A DNA stretch of 64,000 bases from Tubulanus polymorphus (lineage: Eukaryota > Animalia > Nemertea): the NCBI RefSeq assembly GCF_964204645.1, contig NC_134027.1, forward strand, positions 5,240,485 to 5,304,484, written 5' to 3'. This document shows positions 39,701 through 51,931 of the stretch, piece by piece. The translations under genes and the position numbers were made by a program. Positions within the stretch are counted from its first letter, which is position 1. The number at the start of each line of letters is the position of its first letter. Under the pieces are notes generated by a model. The model was not told the DNA's origin. It did not search any database and saw only the letters and a program-made list of their open reading frames with translations.

Positions 39701-42700
39701 AGATTGGTCACCGGGGAATGAATTTACGTTAGCAACTTCTAGTCAAGATTGTACAGTCAAGGTGATTTTTATATTTTCTCTACTTGAGTCAAAGATTTCA
39801 CCCTTTAATTTGAATAGAATTTCATGTTTCTTAACATTTTACTATTGATAACACTGAATTATGTTATTTACTCCTAGTTTTGGGATGTTACAAGTCCTCG
39901 TAAGGCAACTAGTATGCTATCATCAAGCGCACCTGTATGGAGGGCTAGATTCACAGTATGTTCATTTGAAAGACTGCATTTCTGGAGATTCTGAATAAGA
40001 AGAATTTTAATCAGTCGAGTAATGTCAAACCGTTTATTCCAGCCATTCGGTCAGGGTATGGTGACTGTTGTCGTGCCACAACTTCGTCGCGGTGAAAACA
40101 GTTTACTGCTTTGGAACAAAAATGACCTACTTCAACCTGTTCATACATTTGTTGGCCATACAGACGTGGTTTTAGAATTCGAGTGGAGGAAACAAGTTGG
40201 AGGTGAGGCATTGAAAGTTCCTGGGTATATAATTTGCTTCATTTGATATACAATGTCATGTAACAAGCATTTCATGCTATTCATTTTGTATTCTAGTTGA
40301 TGGTGGTGATTATCAGCTTGTAACCTTCATGCTATTCATTTTGTATTCTAGTTGATGGTGGTGATTATCAGCTTGTAACGTGGTCGAAAGATCAAAGTCT
40401 ACGTATTTGGAGGATTGATCCACATCTGCAGAAAGTACGTTTGACATCACTTAATGATAGATTTGTGTTTCCCTATGTGAACGATTTTATACGACTCAAA
40501 CGGGTAATACTGGTATCTGTAATAACTCGCTTGAATTGTATTGCAGTTATGCGGTCCAGATTCAAACGATGAACTACTGTTGGATAATGTGGACGATATG
40601 GAAGAAATTGATGGAACAAACATTCAGTCAGTCATAGGAATAGCCGATGGCGAGAGATTGAGTCCAGATGATCTCAGTCCGTTACAATCAACTCCTCCAT
40701 CAAAACAGATTCCGTCGATGACTGAGCAAATTTCACCGCATCAACCAAAAACTTTACACCAAGAATTCTCCCTTGTTAACATAAACATTCCAAATGTCAC
40801 TGTTGATGAGGTTTGTAAAATATATCTGTTAAGAGAGCGTCCAAATTCGAGCAATACAAATATGGATCAAACATGTTTTCACATTACAGATGGATGCGTT
40901 TAAAAGGACATGTACTGTGTCAGTGGTTAGCAGTAAACATTTGGTGAAACTAATCATGTCGTTTCCCGTGACATATCCGAACAACGCTGCACCGACATTC
41001 CAGATTGCGCAGCCTACAACTATCGACCAAAATAATCAAACAAAACTGCTTAAGGTGCTTAAAGATACATCGCTTCAACACGTGAAGAGAAATCGATCGT
41101 GTTTGGAACCGTGTCTACGTCAGCTTGTCTCTTGTCTCGGGAATATTACGGTAGGTTTCTGGTTATATTTACATTCACAAATGATAAAACCTGATGGCAC
41201 CGATCGACTTCCAAGTTTTGTTTTTCACATATATGTCAGTTACCGAAAGAGTGCCAGTTTATCTTTTGAATTGTTTGAAGCAAAGAAACCTTCAGCTCAA
41301 CGGTATAAATTCTGTGAATCCAGCTTAATTTAAACACTGTTTTAGTCAATACTATAGCAGTTTCTTGATATGTACCAATTAGTGGGTTAAGAAGAGTTCC
41401 TCGGGACACATCTAAAGACCTTCCTATTCAGGCAGTACTGTTGTAAATACAATACCTGCGCTATATAAGTTAACATTTATAATTCATTTTCAAATCTGTC
41501 TTGTAGTTGGAAGAACGTGTAACGCCCGACTCGGATACACCGTATAACTTACAACAACCTGTTATTCAACAACCCACATTTCTACCTCTGTATTCTTACG
41601 GAAGTTTTCAAGATTCTTCAATTCCATTTCCTCGAACGTCTGGCGCTCGTTTTTGTGGGGCTGGTATGTTATCGTTTGCAGGCATTATCGATATCAAATA
41701 TAGATTTCGCTTTCATTTGAATCGTTCTTGCTTATCATTACTAGGTCATCTCGTAACGTTTACTAGAAGCTCTGATCTGAAGAAAAGTACAACAGAAATA
41801 ACACCTAAGTAAGCAGCGGTGTAATGAATATGTTTCTAAGTTCTAAATCACCGCATTCGTACTGGAATTTTTCAATTCATGGTGATTGGTATATTTCAGA
41901 TCATTGTCTGCTCTATCGGCTTACACACAAAGCCATTACAATGTGCGGACACCTCAACAGTCTCAACCATTCAATCTTATCTTCAATATGCCTCGCAGTC
42001 CTCCGAATAATGACGGCGTATCAATCAGTAATTTCTACAATTACAAAGGGGTAAGAGTTTATCAATATCTGATATTTTGAAGTGAACAACAATCGAGTTC
42101 CGAGATATTATTACGTTTGATGTAAATTCACCATTATTTTCAGAAACAAAGACTTCGTCCAAAAAAATCACTGAACAAGGAGTCGAGTGAACACAGTTCA
42201 CGTTCAAAGAAATCCTCTTCGTCTAAAATGTGTCGAGTGATGATTTACGACGCTAGTGTTTTATTGCCGATTCATAAATACCTAGCTGAAAATTATGTGT
42301 AAGATCGAATTCCACAACATCGAAAAAGTTGACTTGAAATTGAACCGTATTTCGCAGTTGCTATTTTTCTATTTCATCGCAGGCTGAATCCGAGTAACGT
42401 ACAAGAAACTTGTACTAAGAATGCCAGCGTAGCTGCATCTATTGGACGTAAGGACTTAGCTCAAATGTGGTCGTTGGCAGCTTTATCAGCTAGTCCAATG
42501 TTATCGTCAAGTCCCAATCCTGATGCAGGTCCGCCATGGGCTTATATGCCATTTGGAAGGAACCTTATCAAATCATGGTATGTAAATCAATCGTATAGTT
42601 AATGTAGCTATTTTATGATTGATGTCTTGATATCTGTTGATTATATATTCAAATAGGTTAGATCATTACAGTATAATGCATGATGTGCAGACATTAGCTA

Positions 42701-45700
42701 TGATCTGTTGTGTATTCGGAGCAAAGGACGGCAAACCGAAACAAATAAGCACTACTTCATCTCCTGATAGATCACAGTTTACGGACAGTGGAAGTGATTA
42801 TAGCACGGTGAGTCTTCGATCCGTTTCATTTTACACATAAAATGATAAGCTCAAATTGTCTACAATACGCAATCAAACCTGATGCTGAACTATTCCTAAT
42901 GTTTAATCTCGAGTCTGTTAATTACTGTATAACAATTCTCATAATGTGTGTGTGTCAGTCAGTCGCATCTGTTTGTGTTGTAGCATCATTCATCTAGTAG
43001 TAACATAGTCAAGGTGGGCGTAAAAAATACTTGCCGTGTTGCTTGTTGTTACTTCATTACGACTAAAACACCATTTTGTTTAGTTATTTGAATTGGTTTC
43101 AAGATCATTTCATCGATGACATTTCTATTTCCAGAAATTGGCGTCGATAACCTATAAACCAGAAAGTAGTTGAAAAATTACCCTCTTAATTAATGACATA
43201 ATTTGTGTTGACTACAATTTGAACGTTTTAATCAATTTTCAACTGTAAAACACACATTTTATCTGCTGCTTTGTGGTTTTAACAGGTTGGATTATTTATT
43301 TGTTTATAAATTGCTGTTGATATATCTTAGACTAACTGAAACTGATTCAATCAATTTGCAAGATATTGTGATGTTTGTTGTTCAGATCGTATCTGCTGAA
43401 GACGAGTTTGCCAGTTCTTTTTCGCACAGCTGGAGTTTTCGTAAGTCCTGTCACCGACAAGAGTGTCTCTCAAAATGATTGATTGCTGTGCTTAAATTCA
43501 GTGCTTCCAGTAATGCCTGCCCTGGAAGATACTCGACCAACCACCAATAACTAGAGAAAATTTAACCTTGAAAGCAAATTATCATCTATAATTGAAAATC
43601 ATTTTAACCGCAGAAGAAAGCAGAAATGAAAGTTGATGATATGGCTTTCAGTTTATCATTCCAATTTCAAACGATTTTAGCTTATTTTGTGGAAGTTGAA
43701 GCCATTATTCTTGCCTATAATTAAAAGTGATAGCAAAAAGTGGAGTCCAACGAGATCATTTTACTAGACACTACGTATATACAGATAAACCTGAATCATG
43801 ATCTATATATTATCCATACTTTCGATAAATTGCTGAAGATTGCTTTGCCATTATGAGTATACTACTGTCATAGAGTATTCTGTCAATTTGTCATAGAGCA
43901 TGGCATCATGTATTTTATCAGTTATACCGGGTATGTTGGCTGTGAGGTGTATGAAATATCACTGAAAACCCAACCATCATTGGAGCTCATACAGAATCCT
44001 TTGATATATTATTCAAAGATGAACGTCATAAACATTCCTCACTTGGCTCCATTACCAAGATCAATATGTGAACATTATCCTCTCTTCTTGATACCTTTAT
44101 GCATTTCTACAGAAACTGAAATTGAGTAAACAGTCCTATATTCCATGAGTAAGCGCTGCGTGTATTTATTTCAGGAAACATTGTCCTCCTCATAATTTTC
44201 ATCACCAGATTCATCATCCTTCTCTCCTTATTGTTTCCTCCCGTAGCCTGAAGAAGAAATACCAATACAGTTAAGCCCTGTCCTTGTCTCTCGAAGTTTA
44301 AGAAGACGGGGAAGTTTAATGCCCGTCATTGGCCCTATATTACCCACTCTTCGAGGTAAGATCACTACAAGTCCGTCCTGTATTAAGAAGTGGTTATTGT
44401 TTCATGGTTACCTCTTAGATTTATTGATAATTAAGTAACTTTAAACCCTTGAAATATGAAGAGTAAGGCATGTATAAACTTTTGTTTATGCTATTCTTTT
44501 AAATTTCATCAGGGTGAATTGTAATGACCACTTCTTCAGTAGCCTTGCTAAACTGAACGTGCTTCTTTGCTTTTTCTTTGCGCTTTCGCTGCAATGCTGC
44601 ATCCGTGCTTTGAAGCTAAGTTTATTGGTCATTTACTGAGAAAAATTTTGATTTAGTATCTTGCAAACTTCCCTCCGTATTTTATTTCATTAGATTGTCA
44701 TACTTGGGGTATTTACAAAATGTGGCTTCACTGATTACTTGGTTGGAGATGACTAGAGATTTAGTTAGTTCTTTTCACTCTTTGTTTCGTGGATGAGTGA
44801 GCAAGTTACAACTAATGCTACTTTCTTTTCAGAATAACCCTCACCCTTCAAAAATCACTAAGTTAGCAGCATAGTTTCAGTAAATACTAATGTTTAAATC
44901 TGTAATCTATCTAGAATGATTCACTGGATAAATCATACATAATCGTGTTATGAGATAATGTCTGCTTTGTTGATTTATCAAGGGTTTTTATCAGCTCATG
45001 CCCTGATACGTATTAAAACAACAAACACTCTATGTAATGTACATGTTAATGCTTGCGACATTCTCCTTAATTATTTATCATTTTACCTTTAACAGTATAG
45101 TCAATACCACACAATCCACCCTGGTGACACTGGACTACGAGAATTGTTACTGTGTAAGTGACCAACCCATTAGCAATATGCCAATACTGTATCTATGACC
45201 AACATTAGTTTATAACCTTTAACATCAAATTGGAGAAGAAAAGTTCAAAAATCTATATACATCTACTGGAATCTTTATCCCCGTTCTTTCTGGTGGTCAC
45301 AATGAAACACCCACCTTTTCTCAATGCACCATCAATGAATATCATGCACATCTTTTTCAAGTCGATACATTTTTGAACTTTTATCATACATATTGTACAT
45401 TTTGTAACATAGCATGCTCGGAGCATAGGAGGTTTAGCTCCTATAAACCTTTACTTACGGTGTGAAATTGTGTTCTGTAAAACCTACAGTTGCCATAATG
45501 TATCCAGTAAATCTAGTACGTCAGTGATGAGGGATGTTTCAATTATTATGCATGCACTGGTTTATGGTTACCATTTTGTAAATACCCAGTAGCGCACAAT
45601 GGCTGCATATGGGGGTAAGAATCAGTAATAAGTGAACAATCCCTGTGAATTATGAATTATAAACGTACTACCTGGTACTTAGATATGTCATTTTCTTTTT

Positions 45701-48700
45701 CCCACATGATTTTACCTACCGGTAACACTACATGAACATTATACTTAGGGATCATTCATTTATTATGTACGCATGAATTTTACTTTTTCAACCCCCCCCC
45801 TCCCCCTGTACGCAAAATCTGCCATTTTTTCATATACATTAAGCATTACAGTACGCAATTGCACTTACCCCTCCCCCTCCCCTAATGCGTACGTAATAAA
45901 TGAATGATCCCTTATCATCATCAATACGTTATCATGAAAATAATCTTAACATTAATATTTTGGTATAATATGTATATACGTATTAAGTCTGGTGGTAAAG
46001 GATTATGATTCATGATAGCTTTTACATTGTTCTTTGTGTGTTTGAATCGCCTAGTTTGAACTAGTCTAGATACATATTAAATAAGATTTTTATTTCTTTT
46101 CAGGTATCCTGCATATTACAGTTTCTTTTTGTTTTCTTTTTTGTGTACTTTACCCTATCCATTAAGTGAATGTTAGCCTCGGTGAACACAAACAGGAACC
46201 TCCTCCAATCAAACTCATCTAATCTATTTTTCAGCCCCCAGTAACACTAATATTTTTTGGCAAGTTCTGGTTGTTGGATGCAACGTCATGCAAAGTGCAT
46301 GAATATAAGCTAGATATCTGGAACTAGTTTGTGATATAAAGTTGCACCGGTAATATAAAATCGGCATGTGCTTTTCAGGACAATTTCGAATACAATCATG
46401 GAAGTGCTAGTTGGCTTAGTACTGATTCTATTCTGCTGAACAAAGGTAGCTTCAGTATTTTTCCTACGCATTGAAAAATCAAACATTTAAGTTGTAGTGT
46501 GTATGTGTGTGTGTTTGAAGTTATTCAGGCCTTCTCTGTCATTCAGTTTCTATCTGTCAGTCTGGAGACAGTTTCATAAAAACCCTACGGTACCAGTACT
46601 TATATTTTGTAAAAACAATGATGAAATACAACGGAAGCTCAATCACAATTCGATTTATACGATATTTTCTCCAGATTTTTACTGTTCTTGGCAGCTGCTT
46701 ACATTATATGAGGCTTCAATGTTTGATTTTGAGGACTTCAATGTTTGTTCTATTGTCACCTACCTACAAATGTATATTAGGTACAAGTCTTTACTGATGC
46801 AAGTTGCTGTTTTAGTGACTTCAATTAGGATCTCATTACGATAAAATCTCTAATCAGATTCAAAATGTCCCCGGAGCTCTGGATTTCAGCTATCATGGAT
46901 CAAACTAAATAAGCCTAATTTAAATGAAATGTATTCATTCCCTTTTATTTGGATTCCTATGATTAACTGCTTTTTCTTCATTTTATTTCTTGTATGTTTT
47001 AGAGTGATACCTGTTTATCAATATCATTTTCAATATTTTCCATCAAGTAGCCTTGAAGACTTTAAACATTGTAAAAAGCAGACATCGATGAATTTAGTTC
47101 TTTTCTTGACAATATGTTAATGAAAAAATATTATTTGACAAATTTCACTTTGCTAAGCTAATTGTTCGATATCTTTCTGTTGCTTAAATAAATCACATGT
47201 GTTTTAAAAAACAATGGATCCAAACTTCAGCTACTCAACTGGTTCAAATTCATCACCAAATCTTGGCATGTTATTTAATTTTGCGCTTCTGGGCTTTTAT
47301 GTTGTCATTTGCTTTTTACCTTCAATTATTTTGAAATTCATGTGCATATTTGACCATGTCTGATATATCTGGTTGGTTATAGATACATAAGTTGGCGTAC
47401 CGTTTTCCTGCTCAAGTTATCAGTGGAGACCCATTTGGTAAATGTTCACTAATCCAAGTTTATGTTTGGTTTATGTGATAATTTCTAACAAAATAGCAAA
47501 ACCAAACTCTAACTTTATTAACGATAAAAAAAAATTGCTTAATAAAGTCTTTGAATTTGCATGAATAATGGTCTGATTAAAGGTCTCTGGGTTGTAGTCT
47601 AACATTAATAACGTATGAGTTTGTTTACACCATGCACCATGAAACAAGCATCAGAGTTTGTTTTTAGTCGAATTGTCTTACAAATTCACATATTATGAAG
47701 TAACTTGTATTTCACAGTGGTGGAATCAAAATGCGTGATCACTTATATCAAAACTCGAAGTCTAATGGGGCACTTCATAACCACAGCATTATTTGCATTG
47801 GATTGCACTAAACTACACCCTTCGTTCAGCCAAGTCAGTCAAGTCTGAAACCTTTGAGTAACTTCTTCATCCTACATTTGTATAACCTGTCTCTGCATGT
47901 GAATAAAAGCTTTGTCCACCTTTTGACCCTTCTAACACTGGGTCCTAGGTTAACCAGCTCATGTAACAAAGATGTTTTGAGAATCAATATTGATTTGATT
48001 ACCGTGTTCCTCTGTTCAAATCAAAGTATTAAATTGTATCAGTTACATTAGTAAAATCATTTAGAAGTATATATTTTGTTTTTTGAATATGAACTGTCAA
48101 TTGCATTTCCTTATTTGTACAACTTGGTATTTATAGCTGGAATCAAGTTGAAACGTTCAAATAGCTGGTCAGATTCATTCGAAGATTACAAGTTTTCCGA
48201 AGTTAGAGATCCTGCTGATATTGAACGAGAAAAACATGAAGAGAACATGAAGTAAGTTTTTCTATTTTCATGTCCATTTCACACATAGCCTCAAATTGCA
48301 TATTTCTCCATACTGGGCTATATTATAGATTTCTAGACTCTTCGGTGATTTGTCAGTATGACCAGTTCAAGATTGCCTATGCACGCATTCTCTATCTGTG
48401 GGGCCTACATAACAAAGTCGCTGAAGTTTTGAAATATGTGTCTACACCCCCTCCTGGACATAAGGGGATTGGTAAGTCAAATTTCTATCAGCATTTCAAC
48501 GACACATTGGAAATGCTTATTCTCATACTTATATGTGAACACTATTTTTTCAGAGTTTGTGACTTTGTGTCAGATTTGCCACAAAGAATCCCGAGGAGTT
48601 CAGTGTGGACATTGTAAGAATTATGCTTTTCAATGTTCCATTTGTCATATTGCAATCAAAGGTACAAAAAATTGTCTAAATGATCAGCTCATCTATTTGT

Positions 48701-48892
48701 AAATCCATCTATACTGTGTGATTAAATCTATGAAGGGAAATATTTTTCTATTAAGGCGCTTCAAATTTTTGCTTGGCGTGCGGACATGGTGGGCATGCGG
48801 AACACATGAAAGACTGGTTTATAAAACATACAATATGTCCAACTGGTTGTGGCTGTAATTGTCTCAAAGATAATCCGATGGTTGGAATTTGA
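36774..48892 (+). CDS. WDR59: GATOR2 complex protein WDR59 (WD40 repeats, RWD domain, C-terminal zinc finger/RING), more than 20 exons
   Basis: N-terminus MAVRWSSENVVAEYKDLQ|ANCMAVDCVG; YIAAHLSKIHGLDW; PFGQGMVTVVVPQLRRGENSLLLW; IPFPRTSGARFCG; DVQTLAMICCVF; C-terminal CQICH..CGHC..FQCSICHIAIKGASNFCLACGHGGHAEHMKDWF..CPTGCGCNCL, stop at 48890-48892. These match WDR59/Sea3 orthologues as I know them. Confidence 0.96.
40271..40379 (+). repeat. Tandem duplication (55-bp period) spanning a WDR59 splice acceptor
   Basis: ttcatgctattcattttgtattctag|ttgatggtggtgattatcagcttgtaac is present at 40271-40324 and 40326-40379. Confidence 0.93.
42984..47437 (+). other. Cluster of candidate alternative WDR59 exons: one 30-nt phase 0/0 microexon and at least five phase 0->1 exons
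   Basis: AG/GT-bounded stop-free segments at 42984-43013, 43386-43440, 44247-44355, 45096-45153, 46379-46445 and 47383-47437, lying between a phase-0 donor (42807) and a phase-1 acceptor (48137). Confidence 0.6.
45748..45911. mobile_element. 164-bp MITE with TTA TSD (PIF/Harbinger-type by TSD), intronic in WDR59
   Basis: TIRs gggatcattcatttattatgtacgca / tgcgtacgtaataaatgaatgatccc; TTA at 45745-45747 and 45912-45914; internal C-tracts. Confidence 0.88.
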
Positions 48893-49292
48893 CGTGATAT
48901 TAATAACTGTCACATTTTGTTTGTGCTACTTTGGAACCTCATCACACCCAGATAATTATTAACTAACTTTATTACATGATAACTGATTGTATGGCAGGTG
49001 TCTTTAGGATTCTGTTGATTTAAGAACGTATCATGTAGCAATATATTATGTGCATGTTTTTCCTTATGTTTGAATAAGGTTGTTTCATTGTTTGAAAGAA
49101 TCTATACATGATGAATGATATATTAAGTTTGATTGCCCAGTATTGCCTAATTGTTCAGAAATAATTGCTGGATATTTTTTACTGATTAAACATTTCATTT
49201 ATAATATGAATAGTATTTATCTGTCATCTATCATAAACGTTGTTATTCTTTTGAAATAAAAAGTCTTGTTGATATGAATGCAAACTTTGATT

Positions 49293-49424
49293 TTAATTGC
49301 CTATATTCATAGGGAGTTGTTAATTGCCTATTCAGAGGGAGGTGTTAATTGCCTATTTATAGGGACCGCAGCGAATTCAGAGGGAGGTGTTAATTGCCTA
49401 TTTATACTATAGGGACCGCAGCGA
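49293..49424. repeat. Complex short tandem repeat between the WDR59 3' end and SLC35C1
   Basis: ttaattgcctat occurs four times, interleaved with attca(g/t)agggag(g/t)tg three times and tatagggaccgcagcga twice. Confidence 0.8.
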
Positions 49425-49783
49425 TGAGCCTGGCGCAAAAACTTTTTGAGACCCTGGAATCCTGGATACTTTGGTCGAAAAGTTATGACGCAAGGCTCAT
49501 GTGATGGGTATTTCAATTCACGACGTTTCATCGGATATGAGTACTTTCATTTTATGCCCACAGATCGGGAGACAACCAAGCCTGGCAAGCGAGGGTGGTT
49601 CAGGTGAATTCAATATAAAGTATTGAATTGTCTCACTGTGCCTGGTGTATGAGAATCTCCAGAATTGGGACGCGACACTTCCGCGTTCTGCGTAACATTC
49701 CCGATTTAGGCCCTAATGCAAATATTTCCTATCCTGACGGTGTCAATCGTTTAGAACACGACGTACATAGCCCTACGTAGACC

Positions 49784-51931
49784 ATGATGTCTGGGAAGGA
49801 GGAAACCTTTCTGACTAAAACAATTCAGATAGGAATTGTAGTGGCATCTTACTGGTGAGTCTCGACCCTCTTTCCTCCACACACACACACAGTACACGTC
49901 ATATTCACGGCGTCGGCAACAACAACAATCAACCAAGTCCAAGATTATAAAAGCAAAACTTCCTTCCACCACAATGATAATAGTAATAGCCGGCACAAGG
50001 GTCCAAGCTTCTTCCTTCGCTGTTTTTTTCCTTGGCTCTGTCTAATTAAGTATTCTTCACCTCAATCTGAAGTGAATCAGTTCAAACAAGAATTCCTGGT
50101 TTTTTGGTAAAATAAAACAACAAATTGATAGATCTTGCAGGGTTACCCCTTGGCCTTAGGCTTAGCCTTTTTAATTTTGTGCCTATTGATATGGTAAAGC
50201 AACCCAACCTTCTCTTGGACTCTATTTGAACCTGGACCTTCTAGACTCAAAACCCTTGTTTTCTGCCGCCATTTGGTTTTCTCGCCCTGCTTGAATCTGC
50301 ATAGTCAGTAACCTGTCTGTGTTTAAGTTTCACGATCGGATATTTTCACAAACCACATCGGTATAAGCCCATCCGATTATAAAAAGCTTGCCACCAACGA
50401 TTAGGTAACTAACTAGAATCTGCGCTGCCCTAGATTAATTCTCTTTTTTGTATTATATAGGTTTGTTTCTATTTCCCTTGTGTTTGTCAACAAATATCTT
50501 CTAAGTAGTAAAGATCTTAAGGTGAATAGGTTGAATTTTTATTCAGTTAAGAGAAACTGATTATATTGATTATATGTGGTCTTTGATTTCAATGTCATAA
50601 TTTGCGTATTTTAGTTGGATGCACCGTTCTTTATAACATGGTACCAGTGCGTAATTACCGTGGCTCTGTGCGCCGTGATAGGAACTATTTCAAAATTATT
50701 CCCAAAACTGATTTCATTCCCTCCATTCAGAATTGACCCAAAAATATGCCGAGAGGTAAGGTTTTTTGAATTCTCAATATTTTTCCGATGAAATAAATGG
50801 GGTGTGTGGTACTGGCACGATGACAAGATTGCTACATAAAGGGTAATTTAGCGAATCTGGAAACAAATTCTTTTTAAACAGTAAAACAAGCAATTTTTAT
50901 CTCTTTATTTCAGATCCTGCCATTATCAATAGTTTTCGTTTGTATGATAACATTCAACAACTTATGCCTGAAATATGTAGGAGTTGCATTTTATTATGTT
51001 GGACGTTCATTGACTACAGTGTTCAACGTCGTAAGTAGAAAGTAAAAACATTCAAAAGTCATCTGAACCCGAGTAGGTGAACCACGTTCTCTATTCACGC
51101 AATGTTATGAAACTTCATTTTAGATTTTGTCCTATCTGATTTTGAAAGCACCGACGTCGTATAAAGCAATGATGTGCTGTGGTATAATTGTGGGTGGATT
51201 TTTTCTGGGCGTTGATCAAGAAGGAGTGACAGGTTAGTTGTGGTATTTCTCAATCAGTAAAACCAAAATATATCTCATGCATTACTCTGTGAAGCACTTA
51301 TAGTTTTATTTATTTAGGCTTTTAAACCATTGTATTAACATTATGCATTATGCTTTCATTGGCAGGGTCGTTATCATTGATTGGAGTTTTTTATGGCATT
51401 ATGGCCAGCACCTGCGTGGCACTGAATTCCATCTATACAAAGAAAAAGCTGCCAATAGTGGAAGAAAATGTCTGGGTCCTTGCTTTGTACAACAACGTCA
51501 ATGCTTGTGTCTTATTCATGCCGCTGATGTATATTTCTGGAGAGATTTCGGTCGTGTTGGCCTTTCCAAAAATTGCCAACCCAACATTCTGGGGATTGAT
51601 GACGTTGGGAGGAGTTTTTGGCTTCGCGATTGGCTACGTGACTGGTCTACAGATAAAAGTTACGTCACCTCTCACGCATACCATATCTGGAACGGCGAAA
51701 GCCTGCGCTCAGACTATCATAGCATGTATTTATTTCCACGACGTGAAACCGTTTTTATGGTGGGGCAGTAATGCTGTTGTGTTGGCCGGTTCGTTTGCTT
51801 ATACCCTTGTGAAACGTGGTGAAATGAGACAGAAACACGATAAAGATTTATTAGCCCTACAACAACGACGCGATGAGCAAGATGAACAAGCAGAAGCTGA
51901 TACACTACTTAATGTAAGATATCTAAGATAA
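49784..51931 (+). CDS. SLC35C1: GDP-fucose transporter 1 (exons 49784-49854, 50461-50521, 50615-50755, 50914-51030, 51124-51232, 51366-51931)
   Basis: VVASYW|[14 protein letters not shown]; [12 protein letters not shown]; [29 protein letters not shown]; [10 protein letters not shown]; [33 protein letters not shown] are SLC35C1 hallmark motifs, and the exon phases chain. Confidence 0.95.

Noticed and set aside
40297-40374. Intron gain by tandem duplication in WDR59
   Set aside because: A GT exists at 40320, but there is no AG at the position needed to excise exactly one repeat unit, so clean intronisation is not supported.
49293-49424. CRISPR-like repeat-spacer array
   Set aside because: Eukaryotic context, the 'spacers' are themselves repeated, spacing is irregular and there are no cas genes.
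51343-51905. Overlapping alternative-frame and antisense ORFs in SLC35C1 (likewise 8180-8693 and 58081-58320)
   Set aside because: Shadow ORFs of genuine coding exons, with no independent support.
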